Shown: positions 1-13,320 of the stretch, piece by piece | Layout: each line of letters begins with the position of its first letter | Position numbering within the stretch: position 1 is the stretch's first letter | Assembly (NCBI GenBank): GCA_964016885.1 | Contig: CAXHJY010000706.1 | Coordinates: 6,992 to 70,991, forward strand | Source: Eledone cirrhosa | Taxonomy: Eukaryota | Reading direction: 5' to 3' | Length of the DNA stretch: 64,000 nt | Translations under genes and position numbers: made by a program | The notes under the pieces: model-generated | The model's database searches: none | What the model was told of the DNA's origin: nothing | Seen by the model: only the letters and a program-made list of their open reading frames with translations

Positions 1-140
1 CACACTGCAGCATGCTGAATCTCCCCCAAGAACTACCTTAAAGGTACATGTATCTGTTGAATGCTCAGCCACTGATACGTTAATTTTACAAGCAAGTTGT
101 TCTGATGACCGAATATTGGTCATCGAAAATGACGGAGGTC
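1..140 (+). mobile_element. 3' part of a cephalopod SINE (degenerate)
   Basis: gcatgctgaatctcccc...tgctcagccact...cgttaatttt resembles a common octopus SINE body from memory; a possible matching tRNA-like head lies at 15845-15950. Confidence 0.55.
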
Positions 141-196
141 CAATAGTTTGGAGGTCAAAATAGTCGATATTCTTCTCAACGTAAAAAACAGAGTAG

Positions 197-535
197 TAAA
201 GGCATTGAATTGGCTGAATCGTTAGAACGTCGAATAGAATGCTTTGTGGTATTCGTTCCGGCTCACTGCTCCCTGAGTTCAAATCCCGCCGAGGTCAACT
301 TTGCCTTTCATCTTTTCGAGGTCGATAAGAAATATTACCAGTCTAGTACTGGGATTAATTCTCCCTTTATATCTCTTTCTCATTCCCATTCTCTCACTTT
401 CTATCCATCAATCTCTAGAAGAAATCTGCTGTGTTCAGGCCTGGAGAAGAGATGGGCTTGAAATACCCAAGAAATAAGGTTTGCCATTGCAGCGTCCCTG
501 CGGCTTCTTCAAGTGTTGCAGGATCATACCATCCC
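197..535 (+). mobile_element. Composite retroposon: SINE body joined to a 3' module ending in (ACCAT)n
   Basis: SINE core ctgagttcaaatcccgccgaggtcaactttgcctttcatc followed by gaagaaatctgctgtgttcaggcctggagaagagatgggc; the same composite occurs inverted at 25690-26025. Confidence 0.7.
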
Positions 536-705
536 AAAGATAGCCTATATTACAGTGAGATCTATGAAATAGATACCCCTATATAGATACTCCTACATTA
601 CTCCAATCTATGGAATAGATACTCCTATGTTACTCCGATCTATAAAATAAGTCAATACTGAGGAGATACAATCAACTGCAATCAAAGAATCAACCAAATT
701 TCCTC

Positions 706-904
706 CTGACCATCTTCAGATCTGACGAAAAAAAAAATTAAGGATTTCGTTAAAATAGACTCTTAAAAAAAGAAAACCTTGTGTCCATTTTAAAAAAGAA
801 GTGATGTCTATTTTTTTTTTTTTAATTCTTATGCCTGTCAAAAAAATGTCTTGCGTTTATTTTAATGAAATCCTTAATTTTTTGTCAGATCTGAAAATGG
901 CCAG
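706..904. repeat. Inverted repeat element, about 45-50 bp arms
   Basis: ctgaccatcttcagatctgac..aaattaaggatttcgttaaaata mirrored by tattttaatgaaatccttaattttttgtcagatctgaaaatggccag. Confidence 0.75.
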
Positions 905-2057
905 AATAAAGTTAGCATTTTCATTGTTTCTTTGAGTCTTTTTGTTATTGTATTTCGGTTTCAAAATTTGAATGGTTGATTAGTAGGCCGTCGTTTAGTA
1001 AAATAGTGCAAATAGTCTGCTGGCGTTGAATGCAGTCGTGACGTTTAGTAGCCAGCAGATTAGTGGTAGAATAATGTCCGTCTCATTGGGTGAAATATGA
1101 TAGAGAGATGTCAAGTGGGATTTAGAGGATTATATTGATTCAACAACAGACGGCGCCAACGAAATCTTCATGTTTGAGATTTCTGCCATTTATGATCCTC
1201 TTTCTTGTCCGACACTTTATTCGACCGGGCATCTAACCCAACCGGTGTCTCTCCTCGCCTCCATCCACACTACAGCATCACTGTATCACTGCATCTGTTC
1301 TGCTATGACACCGGGCTGTCGCTGAGGACGATTATTCAGTGGTAACAACTTAACTTTAACCACCACGTGATTTTTTTTGTTGTTTTGTTTTGTTTTGTTT
1401 TGTTTTGTTTTGTTTTGTTTTGTTTTGTTTTGTTTCTGTGAATAGAAGAAAATTCATTACTAATGGCACGAGAACAAAAATAATAAATTTTAATATATAC
1501 ATAAATTTATAGTCACACGCATAAGAACTACGAACTAACAGCAACGTTTCTTGATGCGACCGTCAGTAAAATTAGACTGAAAATTTGAAATGATTTGCAC
1601 ATCTAGTTTTACATGCAATAAAATCGTATTAATTAGGATCCTTTTCGTTATGTGTGTCTCAGAACAAAAGGCAGTTTAGACTCTATCTTTTGTATTCTAT
1701 GTTCAAATCACGCTACAGTATATAGATATATATATGTGTGTGTGTATATACAGGGAATCTTGTTCTTTCTCTGATGACATGTAACATTGATGGTAAATTA
1801 CTGCGAAGGTTTTTCGTACTAATTAAACTGTACGATAAATCCTATGTAATTCTTGCTTTCTTTTTTAATGTTAAACAGATTATTACTTTTTGAACTTCCT
1901 GAAGAGATACGGCCTAAGGTAAAGCGACTATGTCGAGTTAATTAACAGCAACTCTTTCGGTATTTTCCACTATTGATGTATAATTTCTGACAGCATTGAA
2001 ACGTTCGTAGATGTGTAAATAAACATCAATAATTTTAATCCTTGGTCTTACTGAATT

Positions 2058-2518
<461 letters not shown>

Positions 2519-2555
2519 GTGTGTGTGTATGTATATTATCTATGTATCTATCTAT

Positions 2556-2915
2556 CTAAGGCGGGTAAAATTCCCGAGATCCATGGACGAGTTCTCTCCA
2601 GCGGTCTCTGTCCCTCATTATCGCTGCCATATCCTGCATCTCCAACAGACCAGTGTCTGTCCTTAGGGCATCAACATATGTTAACCTTGGTCTTCCTCTT
2701 CTAGTGTGTCCATGTAGGGGCTCCCAAAGGAGCACTGAGTGCAATGTCAACTCTGGATGTCGGTGAGCATGTCCAGCCAACCTCAGTCTCCTCTGTGTCA
2801 CTTTTAAGCTGACTTTTGGGATGCTCCCATACAGCTCTGAGTTTTTCATCCTCAGTGTATACTGATTAATGTTCAGAGCCATCCTCAGCATTCTCGTGTA
2901 GCACCCATCCACCAT
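2556..2915 (-). pseudogene. 5'-truncated RTE-clade non-LTR retrotransposon, ORF C-terminus with (TAGA)n-like tail
   Basis: Translation TRMLRMALNI...RRLRLAGH..RHPE...LLWEP.HG.RRGRPRLTYVD.L..DTGL...MRDRDRWR is typical of the RTE post-RT region; near-identical 3' piece at 60161-60275. Confidence 0.85.
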
Positions 2916-3477
2916 ATATATTTCTATATATATGATGTGTAGGTGGCAGTGTAGTTATTATTGTTAATGACACAAACTGACATTTACCTAGTTGTCTGCT
3001 TTATTCCCAAATATGTCCACTTTATATTTTTAAAAAATGTTGAATGCTAATAAATGTTAGATTAACTTACTGTTACAGAGCCGGATTCATAACTTAAATA
3101 GATACGTGTTGCATTGTGTTGTTGTTGTTTTGAATTAAGATCCATATTGTTTCCTAGCAATTTCTCTCTTCAATAGTTTCATTTGGAATGGAACATGGCT
3201 TAAGTATGATACTTTTGTTTAGAACAAAGATTTTGACCCAGGTCAAGATTTGTTCATTACGAATGTTTATGATTGACTTCGCTTTCATGCTGTTGAAAGA
3301 TTTCTTAAAGTACACAATCGTTGAGATCTTTATCCGATATTTCTATTTTTCTGGTTAATTTCTTCTTTCTCCTTTAATGCGATGAAATACCAATGATCGT
3401 TGGCAAATCACTGATGAAGGACTAATTTTATAATATGTAATCCATGTGCAACCATGCAGTATTCTTCTCCCCATGTT

Positions 3478-3540
<63 letters not shown>

Positions 3541-3552
3541 AACATATATATG

Positions 3553-3599
<47 letters not shown>

Positions 3600-3602
<3 letters not shown>

Positions 3603-3783
3603 ATTATGTAATAAACAACACAACTTCTGAGGATCCCGTTAAGGGTGAAAGCAGCGATTCTTTGCTTAAAATTTAATCTGTTATTTTAATAAATATTTAC
3701 TCTAGGGTTCTTATTTATTTGATATGTATTTATCCTTATCGAGCCCTCTTTGGATTTTAGTCTTCACATTTATTATTATTACT
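3600..3783 (+). mobile_element. Family C HHR mini-element, colinear copy, between (TA)n tracts
   Basis: CTGAGGA T CCC-gttaa-GGG T GAAA GCAG-cgattct-TTGC TT at 3627-3667, then ...ccttatcgagccctctttggattttagtcttcacatttattattattac; rearranged homologues at 8307 and 58128. Confidence 0.75.
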
Positions 3784-3784
3784 A

Positions 3785-3844
<60 letters not shown>

Positions 3845-3928
3845 ATTTTTAAAATAATAATAATAATTAAGCTCTGTTGCCTACATAGAGCACTCTTTTT
3901 TCCTGGACTTTTCCGATGGAATTACTTC

Positions 3929-4040
<112 letters not shown>

Positions 4041-4571
4041 ATATGCATGTATGTATGTATATTGATGAAAAGGTGAGTTTTATTATTTTTAACGTAAGGA
4101 GTAACCACAGTATGATATAATACGATGGTAAAAGGGAATATAAAGAGTTTAGTAGCATAGTTCTCTGATCAAAGAATTATTTAAATAAAAGGGTTTCCAG
4201 TTATGAATTTCTATACAATACATAAGAATAATTATATCATTAGTTGGGGATTATATGTGTGTATGTGCGTGGTTCGTAAATAACTGAGGAGGCGCATTGT
4301 AGGCAAATTTATAAGCCTTTACTACTTTCTAACGATGCCTTCGTTTGATTAGGAGAGGGACAGTAGTTGGCTAAATATTGAAGCTATCGGCAGCTTTAGA
4401 ATCATAATAAAAATAAATGTGTGTGTGGAAGTTAATCATGTTTTGTAAGGGTATTAGTTACTGATGAAGGAACATTAACAGAGCAACATAGTAACTATTC
4501 GACCGTAACAAAGATGTGACAAAACACTTGAGAGCGTAAATGTTACTAACGAACTTGGCTGTATATTAACT

Positions 4572-4630
<59 letters not shown>

Positions 4631-4671
4631 GTATATATATATATATGTGTGTGTGTGTATGTATGTATATA

Positions 4672-4844
4672 GGTAAAATTCGGTTATAACGAATACAATT
4701 ATAACGAATTTTTCAGTATGACGAAATTTTTTTTAATCCCCAACCACATGTTCGATGTGTTAGGTCAATCTCGTTATAAAGAATTTTTAATTACAAGGAA
4801 TTTTTTTTATACTCTGTGAATTTCGTTATAACAGAATTTCACTG
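4672..4844. mobile_element. pogo/Tigger-type MITE
   Basis: Imperfect TIRs ggtaaaattcggttataacga / tcgttataacagaatttcactg, TA flanks, internal gttataacgaa repeats. Confidence 0.65.
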
Positions 4845-4939
4845 TATATATATTATATATAAAGTAATTAATATAGAGCCACGTTCATTAGTAACATATA
4901 TAGGATTGAAAACATATCTATACACACAAACATATCTAT

Positions 4940-4973
<34 letters not shown>

Positions 4974-4984
4974 GTTCTGTTGTC

Positions 4985-5135
4985 TATTTGTAAATTTATA
5001 AATTTATAAATTTATAAATATATAATAAATTGAAGTGAAAGCATCTGGTGCGTGTGTTTCTTATTGGCAACATGACCCTCCCAAAGTATAACAATATCGG
5101 TTTCAACACACGATTTCAGATAAAGAATCTTGCTA
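4985..5135 (+). mobile_element. Family F (Penelope-like) terminal repeat 3' fragment
   Basis: Near-identical to 47020-47121 and to the reverse complement of 46290-46425 (ttattggcaacatgaccctcccaaagtataacaatatcgg). Confidence 0.8.
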
Positions 5136-5144
5136 TATATAATA

Positions 5145-5260
5145 GGAATAAATGGAAGATATAACACTATAGCATCACTATTTATTTCATTATATATATT
5201 TCTGGGATGCTAAATTATACCATGCCTTCTTCAGACAAAATACAATGTTAACTGTATAAG
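5145..5260 (-). mobile_element. Family E HHR mini-element, degenerate stem II
   Basis: Minus strand TATTTTGT CTGAAGA aggcat...ccca GAAA TATATA TA ATGAAATA; homologous to 7537, 35008 and 60437. Confidence 0.6.
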
Positions 5261-5319
5261 ATGTTATATGACATACTCATAACATTGACCGTATCCGATC
5301 AATTCTAAAGTCTCTAATA

Positions 5320-5458
5320 TCATCATCATCATCATTTTACGTCCGCTCTTCCCTGCTCGCAAGGGTGGGACGGGTCTTATTCAGCACAGCATCTCTCCAC
5401 TCGTCACGGTCCGTCGTCATCTCCACCGTGAGCTTCAACGATCTGAGGTCTGTTCTCA

Positions 5459-5459
<1 letters not shown>
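5320..5459 (-). pseudogene. RTE-type LINE 3' end with (GAT)n tail
   Basis: Minus translation MRTDLRSLKLTVEMTTDRDEWRDAVLNKTRP carries the RTE terminal DR..WR motif; (CAT)n tail on the plus strand. Confidence 0.7.
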
Positions 5460-5489
<30 letters not shown>

Positions 5490-5521
5490 CTATATATATA
5501 TATATTTTATATATATATATA

Positions 5522-5563
<42 letters not shown>

Positions 5564-5572
5564 CTATATATA

Positions 5573-5634
<62 letters not shown>

Positions 5635-5676
5635 TATATATTATATATATATTATATATATATATTATATATATTA

Positions 5677-5803
<127 letters not shown>

Positions 5804-5809
5804 ATATTA

Positions 5810-5906
<97 letters not shown>

Positions 5907-5908
<2 letters not shown>

Positions 5909-6065
5909 AGAAAGTATGACCCCGACTAGTCCAGAAATAGCCGTCGAAACGGGTTGAGCTCTGCCGTCGGGGATCATACTTTCTCCTATTACCCACTCTA
6001 CTACCCTAAGTATTGAGTACTCTGGTGCGTTATGGTCCATCTAATTCCTTACCACAACTCCTTCG

Positions 6066-6066
<1 letters not shown>
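5907..6066 (+). mobile_element. Family B fold-back mini-element in (TA)n
   Basis: tagccgtcGAAAcgggttgagctctgccGTCgggg plus 3' arm ctaccctaagtattgagtac...ccttcgt(ta)n; short inverted 5' arm ggagaaagtatga. Confidence 0.85.
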
Positions 6067-6123
<57 letters not shown>

Positions 6124-6800
6124 TTAATAATTCCCGAACCGGGACTATGCGTTAAGTCCTTACTTTATTTCACGTTGCTCTTTCTTCCAGGAACTGCGAC
6201 CAGTATATAGTATCAGCAATGGAAAAACTAATAGAAACATTGTTTCCTTGATCCGATTTGACGAGTTCCACCCCACTCGGTTAGCGAATGAGGTCTGGGA
6301 TCTTGTCCATCATTTCTATGTTTTTTATTTACTTAAAATACACACGCGGTTATATTTCGGTCTTATCATCCCAACAGCCAATCTAATTCCTTGTCACTTT
6401 TATCATCACTCACCAAAGAACACTTTAAAAAAAAGTATATGCTGCCCTGCACCATCTTCATTATATATTGCAGCATTCGCATACATACATGCACGCAAGC
6501 ACGCACTCACACATAGGGATAGAGAGAGAGAGGGGTTGGGGAGAGGCACACGTACTCACATATACATAAGTACATTAAAACGGACACACAGAAATATCGA
6601 AAGAGAGACGTCGAACGAAAGAGGGAGAAATATAGACACGCACGCACATACACACACATACACACACATACACACACACACACACACATAAGCACACATA
6701 AGCACAGATAAGCACACACATAAGCACACACATTCGAATACATACATACAAGCACGCACAATCACACAGAAGAACACACAAATACACACATGTACGTATG

Positions 6801-6873
<73 letters not shown>

Positions 6874-7307
6874 ACACGCACACACGCACACACGCACATA
6901 CACATACACACAGGCAGCTTTCTCAATATCAAATTTGGTAAACATATATCTCTTTATCTGTAAATGATGAAAGGGGTGACAAGACAATCCGATATGGGAG
7001 AAATTGGAAGTTAGAGTAATGAGAATTAATCGACGGCTTTAGTATATTAATAGTGGTGTATAGCAAGAGGTTAAGCCCACAAGGAATCCAGCCAGTGATC
7101 CGTTTTCGATTGAAGATTGCAGAGTCTTTGGCACACAAAAAAATCTAAATAAAGAAATAAAAGAAGCAAAATAAGAAAGAAGAAAACAGATACATAAATT
7201 ATATAAACGGTATCTTCCATTGCTTCAGAGCCTCAAATTTGTTAATAGAAGTTGGTTGAAGAGGTTCTATTGACCATCGTATTATCGGTCTTCGGTCTTG
7301 GAATGAG

Positions 7308-7500
7308 GGCAGAGGATTAACAGTATCGGTAGGGCGTCGGACAATATGCTTTGCAGCATAGAGTTTACGGTCATTTACGATTTGAGTTCAAATCCCGCCG
7401 AGGTTAACTTTGCCTTTCATCCTTACGGGGTCGATAAAATAAAGTACCAGTAATGTATTGTAAATTGCTGGCCTTGTGCCAAAAGTAGAAACAATTATTA
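7308..7500 (+). mobile_element. tRNA-derived SINE, major family (representative copy)
   Basis: A-box-like cagtatcggtag, B-box gagttcaaatcc, core gcctttcatccttacggggtcgataaaataaagtaccag, tail aagtagaaacaattatt. Other copies: 7825-8013(-), 10165-10502(+), 10820-11015(-), 18617-18805(-), 19318-19490(+), 23477-23785, 26087-26276(+), 30205-30295(-), 33935-34120(-), 35870-36135(+), 48057-48212(-), 50102-50290(+), 52990-53260(-). Confidence 0.85.
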
Positions 7501-7536
7501 ATAGTAATAAATGGAAAATATCACTATAGCATCATA

Positions 7537-7601
7537 TTTATTCTATTATACGTATTTCAAGGGATACCAAATTATAGTATGCTTTCATCAGATAAAATAA
7601 A
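7537..7601 (-). ncRNA. Type I hammerhead ribozyme motif (family E)
   Basis: Minus strand: stem I TTTATTTTAT/ATAGAATAAA, CTGATGA, stem II AAG.ATACTA/TGGTAT..CTT, GAAA, minimal stem III TACGTA, predicted cleavage after ATA. Confidence 0.7.
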
Positions 7602-8012
7602 ATGTTTGATGCAAAAGATAGTGACATACCTAAAGTATAAACTTTCAACTTCAGCTTACAGTGGCATGTGGAATGAAAAATATATTTGTATATATATATG
7701 TGTGTGTGTTAAGTATTTCCATAGAAGAGGTAAAGTAACGAAGAGTGCTCTGTGTATAGTACAGAGGTATTTAATTATTTTCCTTTGTAATTTTTACATG
7801 CCCCAAAAAAATACATATATATAGAAATTGTTTCTACTTTAGGCACAAGGGGCCAGCAATTACCCAGTGCATTACTGGTACTTTATTTTATCGACCCCGT
7901 AAGGATGAAAGGCAAAGTCAACATCGGCGGGATTTGAACTCAGATCATAAAGGGACGTAACTACGCTGGAAAGCATGGCGTCCGCCCTCTACCGATACTG
8001 CCAATCCACCGC

Positions 8013-8424
<412 letters not shown>

Positions 8425-8436
8425 ATATATATATAT

Positions 8437-8754
8437 AGTTGTCCCCCGGTATTCGCGGGGTTTATGACCCTAGAGCACACGCGAAAAGTGAAAAACTGTG
8501 AACATTTGACTCGGTCCATAATAGTGCCTATAAACGTCAAAACATAACGTAAAATATAGTCCGGCAACTACGGTATAATGTGATTAATAATTTAGCGTTA
8601 AAAGGTGTGAAAAAAATATATTTATTGCTACGAAAAAAAGCCATAAAAAAAGTCGCGGAAGATATTTACGATTCCGCGAATATGCGGTGGTTTCCAGGGA
8701 CGATTATTAGTTAGGTTCTAAGGAAAATTCCGCGAATAACCCGGACTCTCTACT
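8437..8754. mobile_element. pogo/Tigger-type MITE
   Basis: Imperfect TIRs agttgtcccccggtattcgcgg / ccgcgaataacccggactctctact, TA flanks, internal cgcgaa repeats. Confidence 0.6.
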
Positions 8755-8795
8755 ATACATGTATGTATTATATATATATATATATATATATATTG

Positions 8796-8881
<86 letters not shown>

Positions 8882-8901
8882 CTATATATATATATATATA
8901 T

Positions 8902-8996
8902 TACTTGGCAACATGACCCTCCCAAAGTATAACAATATCGGTTTCAACACACGATTTCAGATAAAGAATCTTGCTAAACAAATTCAGAAACGAAAT
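8902..8996 (+). mobile_element. Family F terminal repeat, extreme 3' fragment in (TA)n
   Basis: ttggcaacatgaccctcccaaagtataacaatatcgg...cagaaacgaaat matches the reverse complement of 59765-59855. Confidence 0.8.
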
Positions 8997-9048
8997 ATAT
9001 ATATATATATATATAGATATATAGATATATATTACTATATATATATAT

Positions 9049-9172
<124 letters not shown>

Positions 9173-9268
9173 TGTAAGAGAGATGAGGAGTTACCAGTTG
9201 AACGTATAAGAACATATTCAGCTAAGTACTCGATACTTGGGGAAGTAGAGTCGGACACTCACTTTTAA

Positions 9269-9343
<75 letters not shown>

Positions 9344-9394
9344 AGAGTCGAGATCTGACGGTTGAGCTCTTGCCGTTTCAACAACTAGCTCCAT

Positions 9395-9445
<51 letters not shown>

Positions 9446-9448
<3 letters not shown>

Positions 9449-9642
9449 TATAGAAGGAGCTTCTACAGGACTAGTACTGTTTCATTCAGATGAAATCTTC
9501 AGGGCTTCCTGAAGATTTCATCTGAATGAAACAGTACTAGTCCTGTAGAAGGCTCCTTCTATAAAATAAAAAAAATGTTACTCTGCCATGTATTGAGTAC
9601 CTTACTTACTGTGGTTATCTCCCACTCAACCCGGGACCTACG
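9446..9642 (+). mobile_element. Family A palindromic HHR mini-element; HHR at 9503-9553
   Basis: About 57 bp arms around spacer ggcttc; CTGAAGA T TTC-atct-GAA T GAA ACAG-tactagtc-CTGT A GAAG; 3' arm with tactc...attgagtac running into (TA)n. Confidence 0.8.
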
Positions 9643-9648
9643 TATATA

Positions 9649-9743
<95 letters not shown>

Positions 9744-9801
9744 GGACTTGAACATCATCTGAAACTACTTCGCTTTTCCTTATTCTATATATATGTATAT
9801 A

Positions 9802-9856
<55 letters not shown>

Positions 9857-9859
<3 letters not shown>

Positions 9860-10146
9860 GGATCGAAGTTGTTGTTACTGCATACATATAAACTTTATTG
9901 GCATATTACAATCGTTACCATATCGATCAGCTCAGGATACAATAATCATAATGACGAGATATCGAAGAAAGGTCCTGCCCCAGTCATTATGATTGTACTC
10001 GGAGCAGATCGATATTGAAACAATTGTAATATGTCAATAAAGTTTGTTTATATGCTGCAATAGTGACTTCGATCCTACTCACTTTTATTTACCCTCTTCT
10101 CATTACATCCGCCCTTAACTCAGGTCTGGGACGCAACCCAACATTT
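9857..10146 (+). mobile_element. Family G fold-back element with half-HHR
   Basis: Imperfect inverted repeat 9858-10078 (taggatcgaagt...acttcgatccta); right arm carries T GAAA CAATTG TA at 10016-10028. Confidence 0.55.
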
Positions 10147-10509
10147 AGTTAACTCTCTTAACATCCTGGGTTCAAATTCCGCCGGGGTTATTAAATAAAG
10201 GGCGGTGGATTGACAGCATCGGTAGAGGGTCAGACGCCATGCCTTGCAGCATAGAGTTGTGGCCCTTTACGGTCTTGGTTCAAATCCCGCCGGGGTTATT
10301 AAATAAAGGGCGGTGGATTGACAGCATCGGTAGAGGGTCAGACGCCATGCCTTGCAGCATAGAGTTGTGGCCCTTTACGGTCCGGCTTCAAATCACGCCG
10401 AAGGTTAACTTTGCCTTTCATCCTTACGGGGTCGATAAAATAAAGTACCAGTAATGCACTGGGATAATTGCCAGCCTTGTGCCAAAAGTAGAAACAATTA
10501 TTATTGGTT

Positions 10510-10806
10510 AGTTGAGGATATGATCGACTCTGGCCTGAGATCGGCTCTGGTGGGTCGTCGGCTAGGACCATCTAAGCAGACTCCTCTAGAGGATTTCAAG
10601 CTTGGGATTATGGGCATTTTCCAAGCATCTTAAGCAAGGCAGTGTTATAGAATGGGTATTACTATTTCGAGACATGATCCAGAGGCACAGAGGTGCCAAC
10701 AGCCGAACGTGTCCGAGATGCACGCAGAGTGTTGAACCCGTAGACAGGATCAAATATTAACCCCGACAAATCAGTGGATTCGCAGTTGACCACTTGCCGG
10801 AAAAGA
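10510..10806 (+). pseudogene. Degenerate Tx1/L1-clade ORF2 fragment
   Basis: ANSRTCPRCTQSVEPV zinc-knuckle-like motif near 10695-10742; similar to the CPRC region at about 29880. Confidence 0.5.
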
Positions 10807-11270
10807 GTAAAAGATAGATATAATTGTTTCGACTTTTGGCATAAGGCCAGCAATTATCCCAGTGTATTACTGGTACTTTATTTTATCGACCCCCGTAAGG
10901 ATGAAAGACAAAGTTAACCTCGGCGGGATTTGAACTCAGACCATAAAGGGCCGTAACTCTTTGCTGCAAAGCATGGCGTCTGACCCTCTACCGATACTGT
11001 TAATCCACCGCCCTTTAATAATGTGTGTGTACGAGTGTGTGTCTGTGTGTATGTGTGTGTGTGTATGTGTGTGTGTGTGCATTTTCTTGAAACAGTGAAA
11101 TGCATCGTTTCACGTAGTGTGCCAAGATCAATTATATCTGATTACGATAAATAAATCACTTGGTTTAACTGATAATTGTGTCTACATCGAAAACTCGGCT
11201 CAACACAAGCTTACATCAAACACAAATACACGGACGCGCATTGACACACAGAGAGAAACTTACAGACAAG

Positions 11271-11356
<86 letters not shown>

Positions 11357-11557
11357 TATATATATGTTTGTGTGTGCTTACATCTGTGTACGTACACGCA
11401 CACGTATACATATACGCAAGTACACTATAACTTTTTCAACGTAAAGCCACATTTCGATGAACACACACACACACAATCTCAAAGAAGGACACGCTTGAAC
11501 GCAGCCCAAATAACTGACAAACAGACGCATACACGCGCTCACACACACACACACACA

Positions 11558-11599
<42 letters not shown>

Positions 11600-11897
11600 T
11601 TGTATATACAGAAAACACATACATGCATACACACATATTCACCATCTGCCATTTTCTTCCCACGCGTGTTTTTCCAAATCCTCTTTGACTGACATTTCAC
11701 CAGATTTTTTATTGTCTCTTTTTTTATATATTTTTTCTTTGTTTTGTATTTCTTTTACTTCTCTCCTCCTTATTCGCCGATGATGGAGGACTAGCATCCG
11801 AAACATTAAGATTCTTATATTGCTTATATTAATTGTTCAACTAATACACTGTTACTGCTTTGTACTACTTACTACCTTGTGCCGTTGTTTTCTTTTA

Positions 11898-11968
<71 letters not shown>

Positions 11969-12529
11969 GTGTGTGTGCGTGCGTGCGAGCGTGCGTGCGT
12001 GTGTGTGGTCGTGCGCGTGTATGCGTGTGTGTGTGTGCGTGTGCGTGCGTGCGTGCGTGTGTGTGTGTGTGTGTATGTGTGTGTGTGTGCGCGCGCGCGT
12101 GCGCGTGTGTGTGTGCGTGTGTGTGTGTGTGCGTGCGTACGTGCGTGCGTGTGTGTGTGTGTATGTGTGTGTGTATATATGTGTATGTGTGTGTGTGTGT
12201 GTGTGTGCATGCGTGCGTGTGTGTGTGAAGTATATATTTATTGTGGTCAATTGGCATTATAGTTAAAGCTTTAAACAATGTCTTACGAGATATTTGTTCA
12301 AATTACTGCGAGGTCAACTTTGCCGTTTGACTTTACCAGTATGGTGCTGAAGTGTAGCCATCTTCTCTTCCTCCTGGAGGAATGGATCGAGAAGATGTCT
12401 GTGTCTTCTAACAAATACTTGGGCTCCACCCCAACACATACATAAATAGTATTAGCGAAAGTCATGCTACATGGTGATACCAAATTATATTCGATTGCGA
12501 ATGGCGGTTGAATTATATTATATTAGCTG

Positions 12530-13125
12530 CTTCTTCTTCTTCTTCTTCTTCTTCTTCTTCTTCTTCTTCTTCTTTTATCTTCTTCTTCTTCTTCTTCTTC
12601 TTCTTCTTCTTCTTCTTCTTCTTTCTTCTTCTTCTTCTTCTTCTTCTTCTTCTTCTTTTTATCTTCTTCTTCTTCTTCTTCTTCTTTTCTTCTTCTTCTT
12701 CTTCTTCTTCTTCTTCTTCTTCTTCTTCTTTTTATCATCTTCTTCTTCTTCTTCTTCTTCTTCTTCTTCTTCTTCTTCTTCTTCTTCTTCTTTTTATCAT
12801 CTTCTTCTTCTTCTTCTTCTTCTTCTTCTTCTTCTTTATCATCATCATCATCATCATCTTCTTCTTCTTCTTCTTCTTCTTCTTCTTCTTCTTCTCTTCT
12901 TCTTCTTTATCATCTTCTTCTTCTTCTTCTTCTTTATCATCATCACCATCTTCTTCTTCTTCTTCTTCTTCTTCTTCTTCTTTATCTTTATCATCATCTT
13001 CTTCTTCTTCTTTAGCATCATCATCTTCTTCTTCTTCTTCTTCTTCTTCTTCTTCTTCTTCTTCTTCTTCTTCTTCTTCTTCTTCTTCTTCTTCTTCTTT
13101 ATCATCATCATCATCATCTTCTTCT
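12530..13125. repeat. (CTT)n/(CAT)n compound trinucleotide array
   Basis: Direct reading. Confidence 0.95.
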
Positions 13126-13320
13126 CGCACCTATTCCAGAGAGGGTTGTGTGGGAAGACAAAGACCTCAAAGACGCCATCTAGCGGGTCCTGTCAGAAGC
13201 AACTGTCTCCAATTAATCTAGCTGAATCTCTTAAGCGAGACCAGCCGAGTTGTTTCGACGTCATCCAACCATCTTTCTCGGTGGTCTATCGTTGAGTCTT
13301 CTTCTACCGGTTGCTTTTGT
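13126..13320 (-). pseudogene. Degenerate RTE-type LINE 3' end
   Basis: Minus strand remnants TGRRR..RP..RWLDDV and LETVASDR, with frameshifts, ending directly at the (AAG)n array. Confidence 0.55.

Noticed and set aside
102-128. ctgatga...gaaa near the window start
   Set aside because: Part of a simple gatgacc/ggtcatc hairpin in a SINE remnant; no stem I or III.
7308-7400. tRNA gene-like A and B boxes
   Set aside because: No cloverleaf; continues into the SINE core in about 20 copies, so it is a SINE head.
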